The notes below the pieces were generated by a model, which had not been told where the DNA came from, did no database searches, and was given only the letters and a program-made list of their open reading frames with translations. A stretch of 64,000 nt of DNA, from positions 1,240,001 through 1,304,000 of the forward strand of contig JBHGNT010000007.1 in assembly GCA_043228905.1 (NCBI GenBank). The letters are read 5' to 3'. Positions 25,060-39,481 of this stretch are shown piece after piece (within the stretch, counting starts at the first letter, position 1; each line of letters opens with the position of its first letter). The position numbers were made by a program, and so were the translations under genes. This DNA is from Azolla caroliniana. Lineage: Eukaryota > Plantae > Polypodiophyta.

Positions 25060-27199
25060 CCAATGTATCATGACATGGGGAAAATGTGGAGCTGGCTCAT
25101 GCTTCACATATTATACAATAGATGTTGCACCAAATACAAAACCATGTTATTTCCCGAACAAGGAAACTGATTGCATCAGTACATGTTAGAGCCCATCCAA
25201 ACCATTGTTTCCATGTGACTTAATTCACACTCACTACAATGTCAAACGTGGCATTGGAACACAACTAATTAAAGTAATTAACATGCACTAACCAAGTTTA
25301 GGTGTGTGAGAATCACAGTTCGATACAATGTTTTGCCTTTGATCACTGTCTATACTTTCCACACATCTTCGACTAAACCCAATCACTGCACAAATTTCTC
25401 TCGCGGTCACGTTATGCACTCTCAATTGTGACAATCATTGGTGAGTTCTTGAACATTTAGAGTCGCTATTCACTTTCACATGCACTAAAGGAAATGTTAT
25501 ATTTTTTGTCTCATTGGGCATATTTGATCGTTGAAGCTCAATGTGTATAGACAATGAAACATACGCAATTTTCAATAATATTTATCCAATCATATGGTCA
25601 TGTTTACAAAATCTATTTTCTACAAATTACAAAATTATTTATGGACCCTGTATTGAGAATAAACCATGTATGTTTGATGGGGGGCTGAACATCAATCAGA
25701 TAAGCGTGGCACATAATGACTCATTATAAGACAACTCTAAGAAGGTTATCATCAAAGTCACTCTTATTAAAATTTTCTATTTGAGAAAATATGGGGTAAA
25801 AAAACACATACATAGTGATCATGATGTAAGAACAGTTGTTAAAACTATACTATAAAAGAACAACAACAATAAAATTGGTAGATAGCATACCTACTCCTAC
25901 CATCTTTGTAGATTGTAATTACGAGGGAAATAGTTAGTAGATTGTAATATAGGGATTCAGGAAGTAGCTAGAAAGGAGGTAATGATGAATGGGAACATTA
26001 TATATGTGGATAGATATATTAGATTTTAGTATCGTGTATGTGTGAATATATTAAAAACGGATATAATAGAGATCTTCCTCTAATACTTAACATTGTTCCT
26101 TTTCCTTTTTGTAGAGGGTATAGTTTGATGCATCTAAAACTTAACAAGTTCCTCTCCTACTGAGAGAACAAATGGTGGGTTTCTTTTAAATGCAATCATA
26201 TTATCAAATTATGATCCACTCGGTGTATTGATTGCTCTTGTCACCTTCACTTCATATCTCTCTCACATTTGAATTATCCATCTTGTTCACTATGAGCATT
26301 GATAGTTTGGATTCGCTATTAATTCTCTTTTGTGGTAACTATTGCCTTCTATTGAGTTTTAGAAGAAATGAGTGTATGATCCTTTGGTCTTGTTCCAATA
26401 TCATGGCAAACCATCTACTCATCGATGTTGTTCAATATCATTATTCATTGCATTTTCCCCTTGTTGGTCCACAAATGAAATCAATGCACAATGTGTAACA
26501 TAGCATGTTACCTTTTTGCTTTATAGACTCTTATACGTGTGCATTGTCTTCCTATAATGTGAACTCATAACCTTCACATCATATGTCTATAATTTGTGTT
26601 ATCTAATTAATATTTCATGCAATGTAGATCAAATAGATTTTGGCATATACGTAATCTTCTTCTTTGTAGCAATCTCCTCATCAACACTATCAACATTGCA
26701 TCATAAAAATACAAATCTGTTTCAACAAAAGAGTTTTCATCAACTTGTGATGTAATTTCTTACAATTACCTATTTAAGCATGTTGGTGCAATATTATATA
26801 CCTTAGAACTTTATGGCTATGATCATAATATTTCATCTTTATATTTTGTGATTGTATACATTTTACACCAGTATTCATTGTCCATGACACATAAATCAAT
26901 TACTTGGGTCTCTAAAGGTACATTGCCTCATAAAAGGTGACTCTAATGAAAGGTGATATGGACATATTGAAGAGGTCAAAAGTGGTTCCCATTTAGGAAG
27001 GGAACGTTGGGAAAGGTATGTAGAGTTAAATTCACATAATTCATTGGTTGTAGGGGTTTTTAGAGGAATGCGTGTTAGGATAGAACTTGTGACTTACCAC
27101 GAGAGTCTCGAGTATTTTCTATGTAACCACTTTGCCTTCAATAGTTGACCCTTTGTTGGTGATCAACTTCAGCTCCTTATGCATTCCATTCAGATTTTT

Positions 27200-27560
27200 A
27201 ATTTGATATTTTCAATTGTAAAATCTTATTACATATAATGGAAGAGTGAGAGAAGGATACTATTATGAGTGCCATGGAATTCAAGCCTATAGAAATCTAT
27301 TGGGTGAATTCTTTGTGCTCTATTTTGCCGAATGATAACATTGATGACTCATTGAATTGGATAATCACATTCTATACCATTATTTATTGCTTCATGGTGG
27401 AATATGTGGACCACATGTCGTAGTGTTCATAAAAGTTTGTTTAAAATGTCACCAAGTGAAGACAATTTATGAAGTTGTAAATTGTGCGCTTAGTGTTAGT
27501 GCTTCTAAGGAGTGGACCAATAAATGTGGATTTATATGGACATGTTAGAATATAAAGGGC
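27200..27560 (+). mobile_element. Highly decayed retrotransposon integrase zinc-finger relic
   Basis: ECH... followed by ...VVVFIKVCLKCHQVK resembles the gypsy HHCC integrase N-terminus. Confidence 0.4.
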
Positions 27561-30013
27561 ATTGTATTTCTACTATGACAAGACAGGCTACATATATTGG
27601 GGGTCTACATAGACAACATCTCTCTATCGATAAATCTAGCACATGCCAATATCGAGAGCTAGCATCCCCCCTTTAGGTAAATAAGATGTCATTCAATCAA
27701 GCACTCGCACAGAGATATAGCATGATGGAGATGACGTGATAAAGTCAAATAGATGATGACAAAGAATTGTTTGAGCTCACCTATAGTAGTTATACACATT
27801 AGGATAGACATTTATTGTAGATTTCCGCAAAGGGTGGTGCTATAACGACTTGGAGTTATTTCTAAATGTTTACTTCTATAATTTCCTATAGCATGTTTAC
27901 ATTGAATGAACATGTGTGCAAAGGAAGCGCTGGAGTTTGGATCCAACCATTCTTTTTCCCCACTGACTATTCATTTAAAATATGCCCATTGGGAGCAATT
28001 CATCAATTAGTGGGCCCTCATGTTTCTTTTGTTTTGTATCTATGAAGAATGGAAATAATTGTACATTGAATTCATATTATTCTAATTTACAATTGAAAGT
28101 GATTGATGCTTCTTAGTAATATATTATATAGGTCTCAAAGCAATTTCTTCATGTGCTATTATTGTTATTGTTGTTTCATATCCACATCTTCTTTTATGTT
28201 ACCTGAAGCAAGGGTTGTACGGTAAACCCTCCAAATGTGATTCATTACAATCTTCAATTTTGAGTTTGTGCCATGTCCACGGACCACAACTATATATTCA
28301 ATTGTGTATTGGTTGTTGGGCACCGCATTGTAGAGTCATTGGGATGTGAAAGAGTCTTTGGATTGAAGGCATAAAAGAGATTGGTTTTGGTTATATGGAG
28401 ATGTAATAAAAGAAGAGGTAAGGTGGGGGAGAGCAAGTGATTTGGCTTAGCTTATGTGGCAAGAGCGGGGAAAGTGATGGTGAAAGTCCATGAATAAAAT
28501 AGACACATTAAGAGGTAGGGAGAATATGATTATTATGGCATGAAAGTAGTACATGCTAATTTTAACACGCACACAAGGGATAGATGGTGTTAGTTGTCCT
28601 CAAATTCCAAAGCTTTTTTCTCTTTTTTTCTCTCACTCTAAGATAACACATGGCATATCTCTCATTGGCACTCTTTGATTCTAGTTGGGGGTCACAATTA
28701 TTCTTGGCCCACTCTGTAACTTAGGTAGTACCATAAGGCGATCAAGTTACAAGCATGGCATGGGTTAACTCCCCAACAATTGAGTACGACACATTATCAC
28801 AATGTTTCCCAATGTTTTCATCCTCCACTTTAGATCCGTGGTCACATGTCTTACACATTGGCTATGTGGGAACATTATACAAATACACGCCTCTTCACGT
28901 CAACTCATAACATAGACTCGGGTAGGTAGTATCATATATTTCTCTTCAAGCATAGAAGGCCTATACCTCTTCATGGCGGAATACAAAACACTCTTATCAT
29001 GATTCTTCTTTTCTATATTTAAAATTTTTAGAGATAGAAAACAATTGATCATCCTCTTTTGACTTACAAATGAAAAAGTAGGCATTGAGTGTTTGGTTCC
29101 CTTTATATTTCATGTCTTTTTGGGTAGCTCTTGTAGGTAGTAGTAACCAACTACTTCCTTGCATTGATAGTATAGCAACTTGACCACCTCGAGCTCCCAT
29201 GATAAAATATTATTTCCGTGGAACCTAGATTTATGATCTAATCCGCTAGGATGCCCACAACCCGACTTACTCTCTATTTTTTCCTTCATCGTTGCAACCG
29301 ATGGGCCTCAAGTAGTCATTGAATCCTATTCTATAAAGACATGTATCATTATTCACCCACTTATTTAGTAGATATTACTAAATCCCTTCGTGCAACCACG
29401 ATGGAATGATAGAAAGAAAGTTAGATATCACAGTCATCTCCATCTCAAAATAGATTATCAATGAACGGCTATTTAATGATATCGAAAAGCCTATACCAAC
29501 TCGTCCATCTCATCTCGATGCAATCCACCATTTCACGATCCACGGGGAGGAGGCAGATAATTGAGAACAAGTTACGCCATCGACATGGGAAGGGAAATAA
29601 AGCTATAAAAGGATCATTACAATCTGACACGAGTACGGCGATATAATTATGTGATTTGAGGATGATGTCATTGGCTTGTTGTGATGTGGGGGGGGGGGGG
29701 TGGACCACAACAACGGAGTGTATGTTAGGCAATACGAGGACCAAAAGTGTTTTGGGGGGGTAGATCTACATTTAACTGGAGTGTATGTCAGGCAATACGA
29801 GCAACAAAAGTGTTTGGGGGGAGCAGATGAACCATACGCACCAAAGGATAGATAGATGGGGCTCGAGTGAACTCATTCATTGAGGGCGTCGGGGTTTTAG
29901 CTTTGGTCAAGAGGATGGTGAAGAAGGTCTCTCGGACACTTGGCCTTGGCTCAGCCCAACTACGTGCCCAACTGACACACTAAAAAACCAAGTGTGTGTG
30001 TGTGTGTGTCCAT

Positions 30014-30187
30014 AACAGGGGAAACCAAGCTAAACCTAAAAACAGGGGAAATGTTAAAACCAAGCTAAACCTAAAAACAGGGGAAATGTTAAAACCAAGC
30101 TTAACCTAAAAACAGGGGAAATGTTAAAAACCAAGCTTAACCCTAAAAACAGGGGAAAAGTTAAAACCAAGCTTAACCCTAAAAAAG
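30014..30187. repeat. ~35-bp minisatellite, five copies (AACAGGGGAAATGTTAAAACCAAGCTwAACCTAAA)
   Basis: Unit starts at 30014 (short), 30041, 30076, 30111 and 30148. Confidence 0.92.
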
Positions 30188-30562
30188 GATAGATCACTAT
30201 CACTTTTTGAAGAGACCCCAAGGAACAGAGGAGCAACTTCCCTTTTTATGGGTCCATGCCTCTGTTTCTCTGTGTCTGTGTCTGTGTCTGTGTCTGTCTC
30301 TCTCTGTTTCTCTGCATTTCTGTAATCCTATGTTCCCTCCCTCCATATCATGATTCATGGGGATCAGAGGACAAAAAGTTGCATTGAAGAGCTAGCTATA
30401 CATATATGTACATATGTACATAGATTATAGATATAAACACTTATAGGGCTCTCTCTCTCTCTCTCTCTCTCTCCCACCCTTTTGGGCCCCTTGCTGCAAG
30501 TGATGATGATGGATTGCCAACTTGGATCAAAAAGCAAAAAGAACCCATGCAAACATAGGCTT

Positions 30563-30750
30563 TGGGCTAGGGTTGGGATTAGGATTAGGGTAGGAATAGG
30601 TTAAGGTTAGGGTTACAACTCAGAACTCGGAATTCAGGGTTAACTAACTTTGCGGTTAGGTGTAATGAAGGGTTACAGTTTATGCTGGGGCTATGTTTAA
30701 GGAATAGTAGTAAAGTCTAGGATTCTGTTTAGGGATTAGGGTTAGGGTTT
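30563..30750 (+). repeat. Degenerate telomere-like TTAGGG-type tract
   Basis: GGGCTAGGGTTGGGATTAGGATTAGGGTAGG...TTAAGGTTAGGGTTAC and GTTAGGGATTAGGGTTAGGGTT. Confidence 0.6.
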
Positions 30751-31389
30751 TAATGAACATGAAATGAAACCAATGCAAAGATTTGACATCTTAAGTCTTA
30801 TTGACTACAAAAAACAAGGATGCAGCTAGATCATGATTTGCAATTGAAAGGAAACCTCATTCATCCTTCTCTCTAGATTCTCTCTCTAGGTTCTCTTTCT
30901 TCTTTCCCAATAGACCTAGCTTATATAGCACAGTACACTGTGCTTTACTTTCTCTTCTTCTTCTTATCACAGTCATCGACAAACCCTAACAAGGAGAAAA
31001 CAGTACAAATATAAAAAGTATACAGGGAGACATAGCTAAAAGAGAAACAGAGTTCGAACAACTTCGGACAGAGAAGAAGAAAGAAAAGAGAAGAGAAGTA
31101 AATAATGAAGAAGTTATGGCTTTGTTCTATATAGCATGATTAGATTGTATACAAATTGAAGAGAGAAGAAACTTGTGAGCTATGCTTCCCATGGAAGCTG
31201 TAGTGTGATTGAAGCATAAGATCATTCATTCCTTCTTGTCAAATTGATCTCTGCTATCTGATCTCTATATCTATCTTTATTGGTAGTTTCAGAAGGAAAA
31301 ACCTTGAATTTGAATCAACCTCTCTATTCATCTCCTCTTCACAGGCCTTGGGGAGTTTTCAGGCATTTCCTCCTCCTCCTCCTTTCATC

Positions 31390-33870
31390 ATGCCTAGACC
31401 TGGCCCTAGGCCTTATGAATGTATAAGGAGAGCTTGGCATAGTGACACTCATCAGCCTCTCCGCGGGGCTCTCATCCAAGAGATATTCCGGTATTTAAAA
31501 ACAGAAAAGAACTCAGTCTTTTTAGTCATGTTCATCATCATTAGCATCATCTTCTTCTTCTTCCTTTGAATCTTCATATTGGTAATTTGTTTTTTGGCCT
31601 TCTTTCTAATACAATGACACATGCATATATGTATATTCATGGTTTAGGATTGTCAATGAAATTCACAACCCGATGACAAGAAGGAAGAAAGAATGGCAGG
31701 AAAAGCTCCCGATTGTTGTACTCCGAGCTGAAGAAATTCTCTACTCAAAGGGCAACTCAGAGGTATGAGCGTTATTTTTTGCTCTCTTTTCAGCATTGTC
31801 CATTTTTTTTTTTAAATCTAGTTCTTTAAACAGTGTGTAGCCTCCCTCAGACAGACTATAACGTCACATATATATTGTCTTGAGTTAAGCTTACCTTTAA
31901 TAAAAAGCAGTGCCAAACCTGTATGCATATTGTATTCATGAAAAGCAATGCCAAAGCTCTGTTTATATATTTATGTATGGATGTAGTATTCATGAGAATT
32001 AATGCCAGCCCTCAGCTAGTAATGCTTGTTCAATCATGTGCACCTGACATTTCTCTTTCATGGATTGTATGTATGTATGCACGTAATGTGAGTATGTATA
32101 GGTGTATATATATGTGTGTGTGTGTGTGTATTGTATATGTATGTATATATGTATTTATACATGTCCGTATGCATGCATGTATTGTGGGTGCTTGCATTCA
32201 TACATGTATGTATTCGTGTATGTATGTATGTGATATTTATCTGTAGAAGCGTTGTTTCTTATTCTAGAGTGAGTATGCGGATGTGAAGAGCTTGCGAAGT
32301 AGGCTCGATGATGCTGTAAACACGATGATACGAAGAGAAGAAACAGAGGAAGATGGTGTTTACATAGCACCGTGCATTGAAGGTTTCTATCCTTTCATCC
32401 TCTCATTCGTTAACTTCTTTCACATTAATCTATTAACTCAATACAGCTTTATTGATAGCGAATTTTGTTTCCTTATATTTACAAATATATGTTGCAGCTG
32501 CCCTCTCTCTTGGATGCACCCCAAAGAAAGTACCAAGAGGCCAACGTGCGGCCGGGGCTTCACATTTTCTCCCAAGTTCAGTCAAAAGATCTGGCTCCGT
32601 TATTGAAAATAATGGAAGTTATAGGAGTGTGCCTGATATTATTGAGACCAGTCGTGATGTACAATGTTTTCGTAGTGCTCATGAAAAGCAATGCCAAAGC
32701 TCAAGTATGTGCATTAATGGAAACTGGCCATCAACGCCAGAACAAGGCTCAAATGTGTTTACAACTTCATCATCGGCTCATAGCTCTATTAATGGCTCTC
32801 CGAGATTTAGTACTTCTCGGCGTAATTTGGGCTTAATTAATCATCCTGTCCAATGTCTCTCCTTCAAACCTCCCTCCTCTGCCTCTCTGGAGGTGTCACA
32901 TTCGGCTTGTTCAACTTTGTCCGAGCCTGGTGGTCCTGTCCGATTCCTTCAACCGACACCGAGGTGTGAAATTCCACATGCATCATCGTCAACATCTCAT
33001 CTTCTTTGCAATGCACATCCGGATCCTCAACATGTAAGTAACAAATGTAATGGCAATATAAAAGGTGTACCTTCAGCTTCTGATACCCAAGCCTCAAGCA
33101 TTTCGAGGTTGTCGGAAGAAGCAAGCTACATAGACCAAATTACCCCAGGTTTCAGTAGCAATGAGATTGCCGGATGTGCTAACTCAAGGGTAGGTATTTC
33201 TACACAAAATTCTCAACATTATCATCAAGAAACTAGGTTTAGCCCTAATCTAGCTACATTCTCGACTCGGGAAAATAGTTCACCGCGTGCTCGTATGGGT
33301 TCTCGAGTGGGCTTATCTCATCCATCATCAAATTCTTGTGAAACCGCATCGATGGTGATGCCAAGTAATCATACATCTCCTTTGCAAGTATCTCGTCCAT
33401 CATTGAATTCTTATGAAATAACATCAATGAAAATGCCACGTAATCATACATCTCCTTTGCAAGTGTTATGTCCATCATCTAATTCTAATGAAACAACATG
33501 GATGCTGATACCCAGTAATCCAGCATCCGCTATTGATGTCATATCCCCATTGCAGCAAACTAATGTGTATGATCTTCAGTTGAGGCTTGGTCCTCCTCAG
33601 GGAAGGCAATCGAACATGTTAATCCAACCAAGATCATCCAATAGCCAAAAAAATCCAGAAAATGTTTCTTCTTGGAGTATACCCAGGAATGATCCTATGA
33701 TGGCGGTGCCTGATGGCAAATTGCGACATGTCAAAACTTCGTCTGTCACAGACATTGATATGCCCCCATCAAAGCGCATTAGATTAGATATGCAAAGATT
33801 CAATACTTTGTCATCTAGACAATATAATGGGTTTCATCCACCTCAACAATTTTCACAGCCTCGAGGCTGA
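31390..33870 (+). CDS. KIX8/9: KIX8/KIX9-like KIX-domain/EAR adaptor protein. Exons 31390-31490, 31648-31762, 32268-32382, 32498-33870
   Basis: Diagnostic N-terminus MPRPGPRPYECIRRAWHSDTHQPLRGALIQEIFR-IVNEIH...KEWQEKLPIVVLRAEEILYSKGNSE-SEYAD...PCIEAALSLGC. EAR motif DLQLRLG near the C-terminus. Frame-preserving GT-AG introns. Confidence 0.9.
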
Positions 33871-36041
33871 ACTAAAGATCTTTATGATTCAAAGGCTATG
33901 TATATAACCATTTCAGTTTTGTATGTTTATGAAACCTAGTTTGCGATAAAAGTATCTAACCAGTACTTACAGAGTTCTCATGGACATTTTTTTGAATGGT
34001 GTGGGTGGCTTTGAACTTTCTTCTCTGTAGAATATTTCTTGTTAGTGAAAGAAGAGGAAGAGTGCATCTAGTTTGATTAATGGTATAATGCACTCTGCTG
34101 AATGTATAACAAAAATATAAGAAGTTTTTTTCAATCGCACCGTGATCTATGATCCGATGTTTCCGAAAAACCTTTTGAGATTCTGTAGATTTACCAAACA
34201 ACCTGTAGCTAGCTTAGCCACCACTTTCTCCCACTGACCAAGAGTCATATCATGTTCCTTTCTCAATTATCATGAATAATGACAAGACCTAGTCGGACAA
34301 AAATACAAAATGAATTTGAACATGATTAAGAATATATGGTAGTACGCTGTAGCTTTTATAATATATGGTAGTACGTTGTAGCTTTTATTATAATACTAAC
34401 AATTAATAACAATCAACCAATGTTGTGATGGTGAATTCCAAGAAACACTTATTGCAAGCCCATGCATGATGCATGGCATGTTCACGAAGATAATCATTAA
34501 GTTCATTCCAGCCAAACCAAGCAGTCAGCAATTGAGGGAACTGATTGCAAAATGGCCCCTTTTACATTCTTCCACTTGTGTTGATTCAAGTATCATTGAG
34601 TTTCATTGATGGCCCAAAACAACACCTAAATTCCCTTTAAATGGATTTAATTTAGACTTGTTCATAAACTAATGGCTGTTAGTTAAAAGACTCATATTCT
34701 TGGACCATAGACCAAAGTTTTTGCAAATAATGTCGAGTTTCAAGAGATTCACATTCCTACACTAAAAGGTTTGACAAACAATACCAAATTTCAACTGGCA
34801 TCATATACCAAATTTTCTTATAAGGCATGAATGAGTTTCCTTGAGGGCTGAAAACAGTTAACAGCTAAACTCCCTTTTAATACATTAATGTCAAGTTGTC
34901 AACACATTAATCTTAGACTGAAGGGTATGAAATCTTAGGCATACATATGACCTGCAATGGCAAGCTTTGATTGGCATCATACTAATTTTAGGCCATTCTG
35001 CTGATCAAAACAAGAATTTTCTTATGGTGGACTCATCAAAATTGGGCACTAGTTTGAAGTTCAAATATTTTTCGACTCACAATATCCCAACATTTTTACT
35101 TAATGCAGACAATGCCTGGATTATTTCAATCAACATGCACACATTATTGTTGATTCTTTAATCAACCTCCAACATTAGAGGATTGTTTCATAATTCACTT
35201 AGTATTTAGCATGATTCATTAAGATTTGGGGGCTTAGAGATTGGTATCCTCACGTATCAAATTTCAAAGTCAATCATTAGAACTGTTTCATCATTTTCAC
35301 ATGTTAATCTGATTCTTTCTTAAGAACTGGCATTTAATAGAACGTTATCTTTTTCATCCAAATTCCAACATCCTCTGAGTTATTGTATAACTATTTATTG
35401 ATTAATTATTAATTCGGGTGCATACACATTACTAGGTCTCCCAATGACATTCACCATAAATCTTAACATCCAAACGACTCAATCAAGTGGCTTCTACTTC
35501 ATTACTTTTGAACATGCTTCAACACAAGACCCCATGATGAAGGCTATATCTAGCATCTATTTGTCATTAAAACTCAAACCATGATCTGTAAAGCATATAT
35601 ATAGACAAGATGAAGATTTATATACACTACCACGCCTATCTTTATTGAGATTGTTCAATCCACGTGCAAATAGGAACCAAACATAAAAAGGCATTTTGAT
35701 CACTTGCGTTGATAAACTCATCATATATTACATGTTTCAATTCTATAATTGTCTAAATTTACCCATATTACACTCATCTGTAAAAAACTTAGATTTCCCA
35801 TTTAAAATCAGCAATCAGCAAATACTGTTCCAAAAGCAATGAGTATAACAAAAGTCCAATTCACCTGACGTTTAAGAGGATTCGTGTATGCCTGAGGTCC
35901 TGCTATAATAAGAATTCAACTCTTTACAAAATTGTTACAATCACCACATCACTGAGTCAAATGAAAAACAAATCAGCATATTACTATACAAAAGGTTACA
36001 AAAACCGACACGTAGTGGTTCAACTAGCTTTAACAGTAAAA

Positions 36042-39000
36042 CTAGTCATCCAACTCATCTTCATCATTATCTATATTGTCTCCGTGGCATCTAGACACAA
36101 CACTACGGTGTGTGAGAATTCTATCCTCTTCACTACTACTACTTGCGATATCATCACTGAAGGGCGAGAACACATGTTCATCTTCCATTCCAGTTACATG
36201 TTCACCCAATCTGTCTTCCGGACCATGATGGGTTCTTGTCCTATTATACCCTTTCGACCTTAAAGCAGATCTTCTTCCTTGCCTTGCCTTACGCTTTCCC
36301 TTGGGTACTTCTTCTGGAAGTGCCAAGTTAACATCTTTATTACTGTCAGAATGAGGCCAAGTTTCAACACCATCAACCTCTGCTTCTCGAGAAACTCTAG
36401 TATACCTATGATCATCTCCATCATCACCATAAAGGTGATCTGCATTGTCTGACTCTGCACCTACTACTGACTCAGGCCGCCTTCTTTTCCTTCCAAGGTT
36501 TGTCTATTAGAAAAAAGGTTAAAACAAAATGTGCCTTTCAGTTTTTCGCTCAATTCCAACCAGAGGTCATAAGCTGTCTCCACATTATTAATTTACTATT
36601 TTTATACATTGTTTTCTACTTTTTATATGTTGTTTCCTATTATTACATTGTTAGTTTCCTATATTTATACATTGTTTTTTAACTTTTTATATGGTGCTTT
36701 CTTTATACATTAGTTTTCTATTTCATATGTTTTATATTTTCTACCTTAGGTCCTCTGTCAATAAGATGAGACCATGCAGAACGATTACGTAAGCAATCAA
36801 GAACTGCCTGCCGATGACTAGAATAAGCATACCGTTCTCCATTGTGTTTCCTAAGCTTCGACCAATGCTGCAAACGGGATTTTACAGTTAACAACATACT
36901 AAACATATCCTCACAAATAAACAAGAAGGCTGTTAAGGTTGAGAACATACTGGAAGTACTTCCTCGCAAATAAAATCATATGAAACATTATGCCCCTTCT
37001 CATTAAGAATTTCCTCAATGAGACCTACAAAACAAGTTTGTTTTATTGATTTTAGCCAAGAAATCATGTAGTGCACAAATTAGTACACATACAATCCAAT
37101 ATGGAATAAATTCGTACATGCAAATCTAACTCAAGATTGGAGGGTTTTCATTAAAAATACCCGGAAGAGTAAGAATATTTTCAGCTGAGCTTCTTTTATC
37201 TACTTCATTAAGTTCGTTAGTATTGCATGTATCAATATGTGAGAGCCCCTCTGTCGCAGCTCCAGAGGCAGGAGAAGGATGTCTGCCATCAGTTATAGTT
37301 ATTGATGATGATAATTTGTGCGATATGCAGGACTCTATCATATCTTTATCTTTCTTGGTTGCCACATGTAGAACATTGTTACCATCTTGTTTAGCACCAT
37401 CTCCAGAAACTTCATTCTTAGGCATCTGATCATCAATCCCATGAAAAGCATCTCCTTGCAATTCATCTTTATTTTTCCTCCTATATATCTATAAGTAACA
37501 GCATAGTAACTTTCAAATATGTTCAGATAAATTTTAATCAAAAAATCTGAACATGTAGAGAGCAGAATCTAGAAAGAAAAAAATGAGTATCTTTCTTACT
37601 GGTTGATGATCCTTTTGACTCGCATTTGGAGTAACTGGTGAGGATCCAACGCCGGGACGCTTGGAAGAAAATGGATGACCTTGTCTACCCCTAGGCACAC
37701 GACCAACACGAGGAGAGCTATTCAACTCTTGATGAAGCAGCAGTGCTAGCTATAGAAAAGAAATAATGGAAAAGAAAAATATCGGATTATACAAAAGAGC
37801 ATATAAAATAAATGGAAATACCACTCCCTTTTAACCAAATTACCAATAAAGCCTAGCATATCCAAAACATCCCCCATTTTCTCATATTCCCAATCGATTC
37901 CTCTCTGTACAAATTGCCTATGAATCCCTCTGTAGAATTTCTCTCTATCTTTCCCTCTCTAGAATTACTCCCTCCAAGTGGACTTGTTGGGGAGTTTCAG
38001 AAAATGAGGGGAATTTTGGGAATTTGGTGAAACATTAGGGGTATTTCGATAAATTTCCTAAGAATAGATCTACAAACATTTGTTTACCTCTTCATCATTG
38101 AGAGCCGCAGGAGTACCCGATTCTGCCCCCATCACATGCCTATCTGGTGTCCTTGCAAGTATCAAGAATCAGCAGAGTCTTCTAACACTAACAAGGGCTT
38201 CCCATCATCATAAAACAAAATAGCTTAATGCAACGACCCTACTCGCATCCTATCCATACTTTGCTACTTCTCATGAAAATCCATTAAAAACTTCCAAACC
38301 TACATAAAAAGACTTTAAAACATATTCAATACCTTTACCAAGCAACCGATTGTTACTACATAAATCTTTTCCACGTAGTATTTTTTTTACTATTCTATAT
38401 ATTTGGCTGTGGAAGTATAAATCATAGCTGGCCATGAACAAGAAATTTGGCTTACAAAGCAAGTTTAAGATGGGAAAACAATACCAGGGCTCTCAGGTCG
38501 ATTCTCTGATACTATATCCACTTTGGACGGGTTTATTGCGACGACTTTTGAGTCTGTATCAATATCCTCCACAAAATTCTGAATAGTCACATTTCTAGTT
38601 GTTTTTAGATTCTTTGGTGTAGTCCGAGAAGGCTTTATAGACAATCCCAAATCTTCTTGTGTTGCTTTTCTTGCTGATCCATACTGATGATTATAATCAG
38701 TAGTAGGAGTACTATTCTTGGTTCTTTTCTTACTTATAGAATCTTTTCTATTTCCTTCGTCTCTCCGCCGCTTGCTCTGGTAATGAGCTTTACTATTTTC
38801 ATCTTGTTGAAACCTGTGTCTGTGCTTGTACTCCCTTCTTGGCTCAAATTCATTACTTTTTTCCTTGGGTGAATAATACTTCTCTGCCTCCAGGACATAG
38901 TGTGCATCAATTTTTCCAATTTCAGCTTGTTGGCACTCTCCTTTAACTAGATCCAAAGAAGTGTTATCTTTATCTCCTTGTTTCTCTATATATTGTCCGA

Positions 39001-39481
39001 ATAAAAGGCTCACTTTCTGCTCTGACACCTGTGGAAGCTCATTGTAGGTGAATTGAAACACTTTCGGAATATATCCAGTGCATTTCCATAGTTGGCGAGA
39101 GAAAACTGGTGAGACACCAACAAAAAACTCAGGATCCCCACCTGGAATACCTTGCACATGAGCACGTTCTTCTATAGAAAGCTGTTCTCTCCTTAGGGAG
39201 AAAACCTTATCTTCTAATGGAGGGGTTTTGCTTGGTAATTCAACCAGTAGTTGAGCTACCTCGGATTCTTCGGTTTCTTTCTTTTTCTTAAACTTGCACT
39301 TATCACAAACATAGGAAGTGTGACCTTTGAGGATCCGACAACAGCTTGTGTGGACCCATACTCCACATTCATCACAATCAACCATCTCTTCTCCATCATC
39401 AAAACTCACACCACAAGGACAATCCACCGTCCAAGATTCTTCCGATTCTGGACTAGACGGTGGCCGTGCCCGGCCCTTCAT
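36042..39481 (-). CDS. PHD-finger protein (AT1G32810-like), about 7 exons: 39481-38485, 38143-38088, 37749-37600, 37488-37161, ~37024-36951, ~36867-36745, ~36505-36042
   Basis: N-terminal PHD WTVDCPCGVSFDDGEEMVDCDECGVWVHTSCC...CDKC. Conserved ESEVAQLLVELP, LNDEE|LALLLHQELNSSPRV and HWSKLRKHNGERYAYSSHRQAVLDCLRNR blocks are joined by GT-AG introns. Confidence 0.88.

Larger units (their letters stand above)
16197..25540 (+). mobile_element. Internally deleted LINE (ORF1 relic plus RT/C-terminal relic), split by gypsy G2 at 17970/25060
   Basis: Coiled-coil plus RRM-like ORF1 (NIDIREIKEE...FYRAHTVGK...ERPIV) at 16197-16931. RT relic FLFYEDDVVLF...KLSVNSSKT...ESFQYL at ~17050-17650. C-terminal IQTIVSM.LNSHSLQCQTWHW resumes after the gypsy TSD. 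Confidence 0.7.

Noticed and set aside
28700-29300. Possible RNase H/integrase relic on the minus strand
   Set aside because: Similarity too weak to call without a profile search.
29715-29821. Two-copy ~45-bp direct repeat (similar small duplications at ~34331-34390 and ~45057-45187)
   Set aside because: Ordinary local slippage duplications with no further structure.
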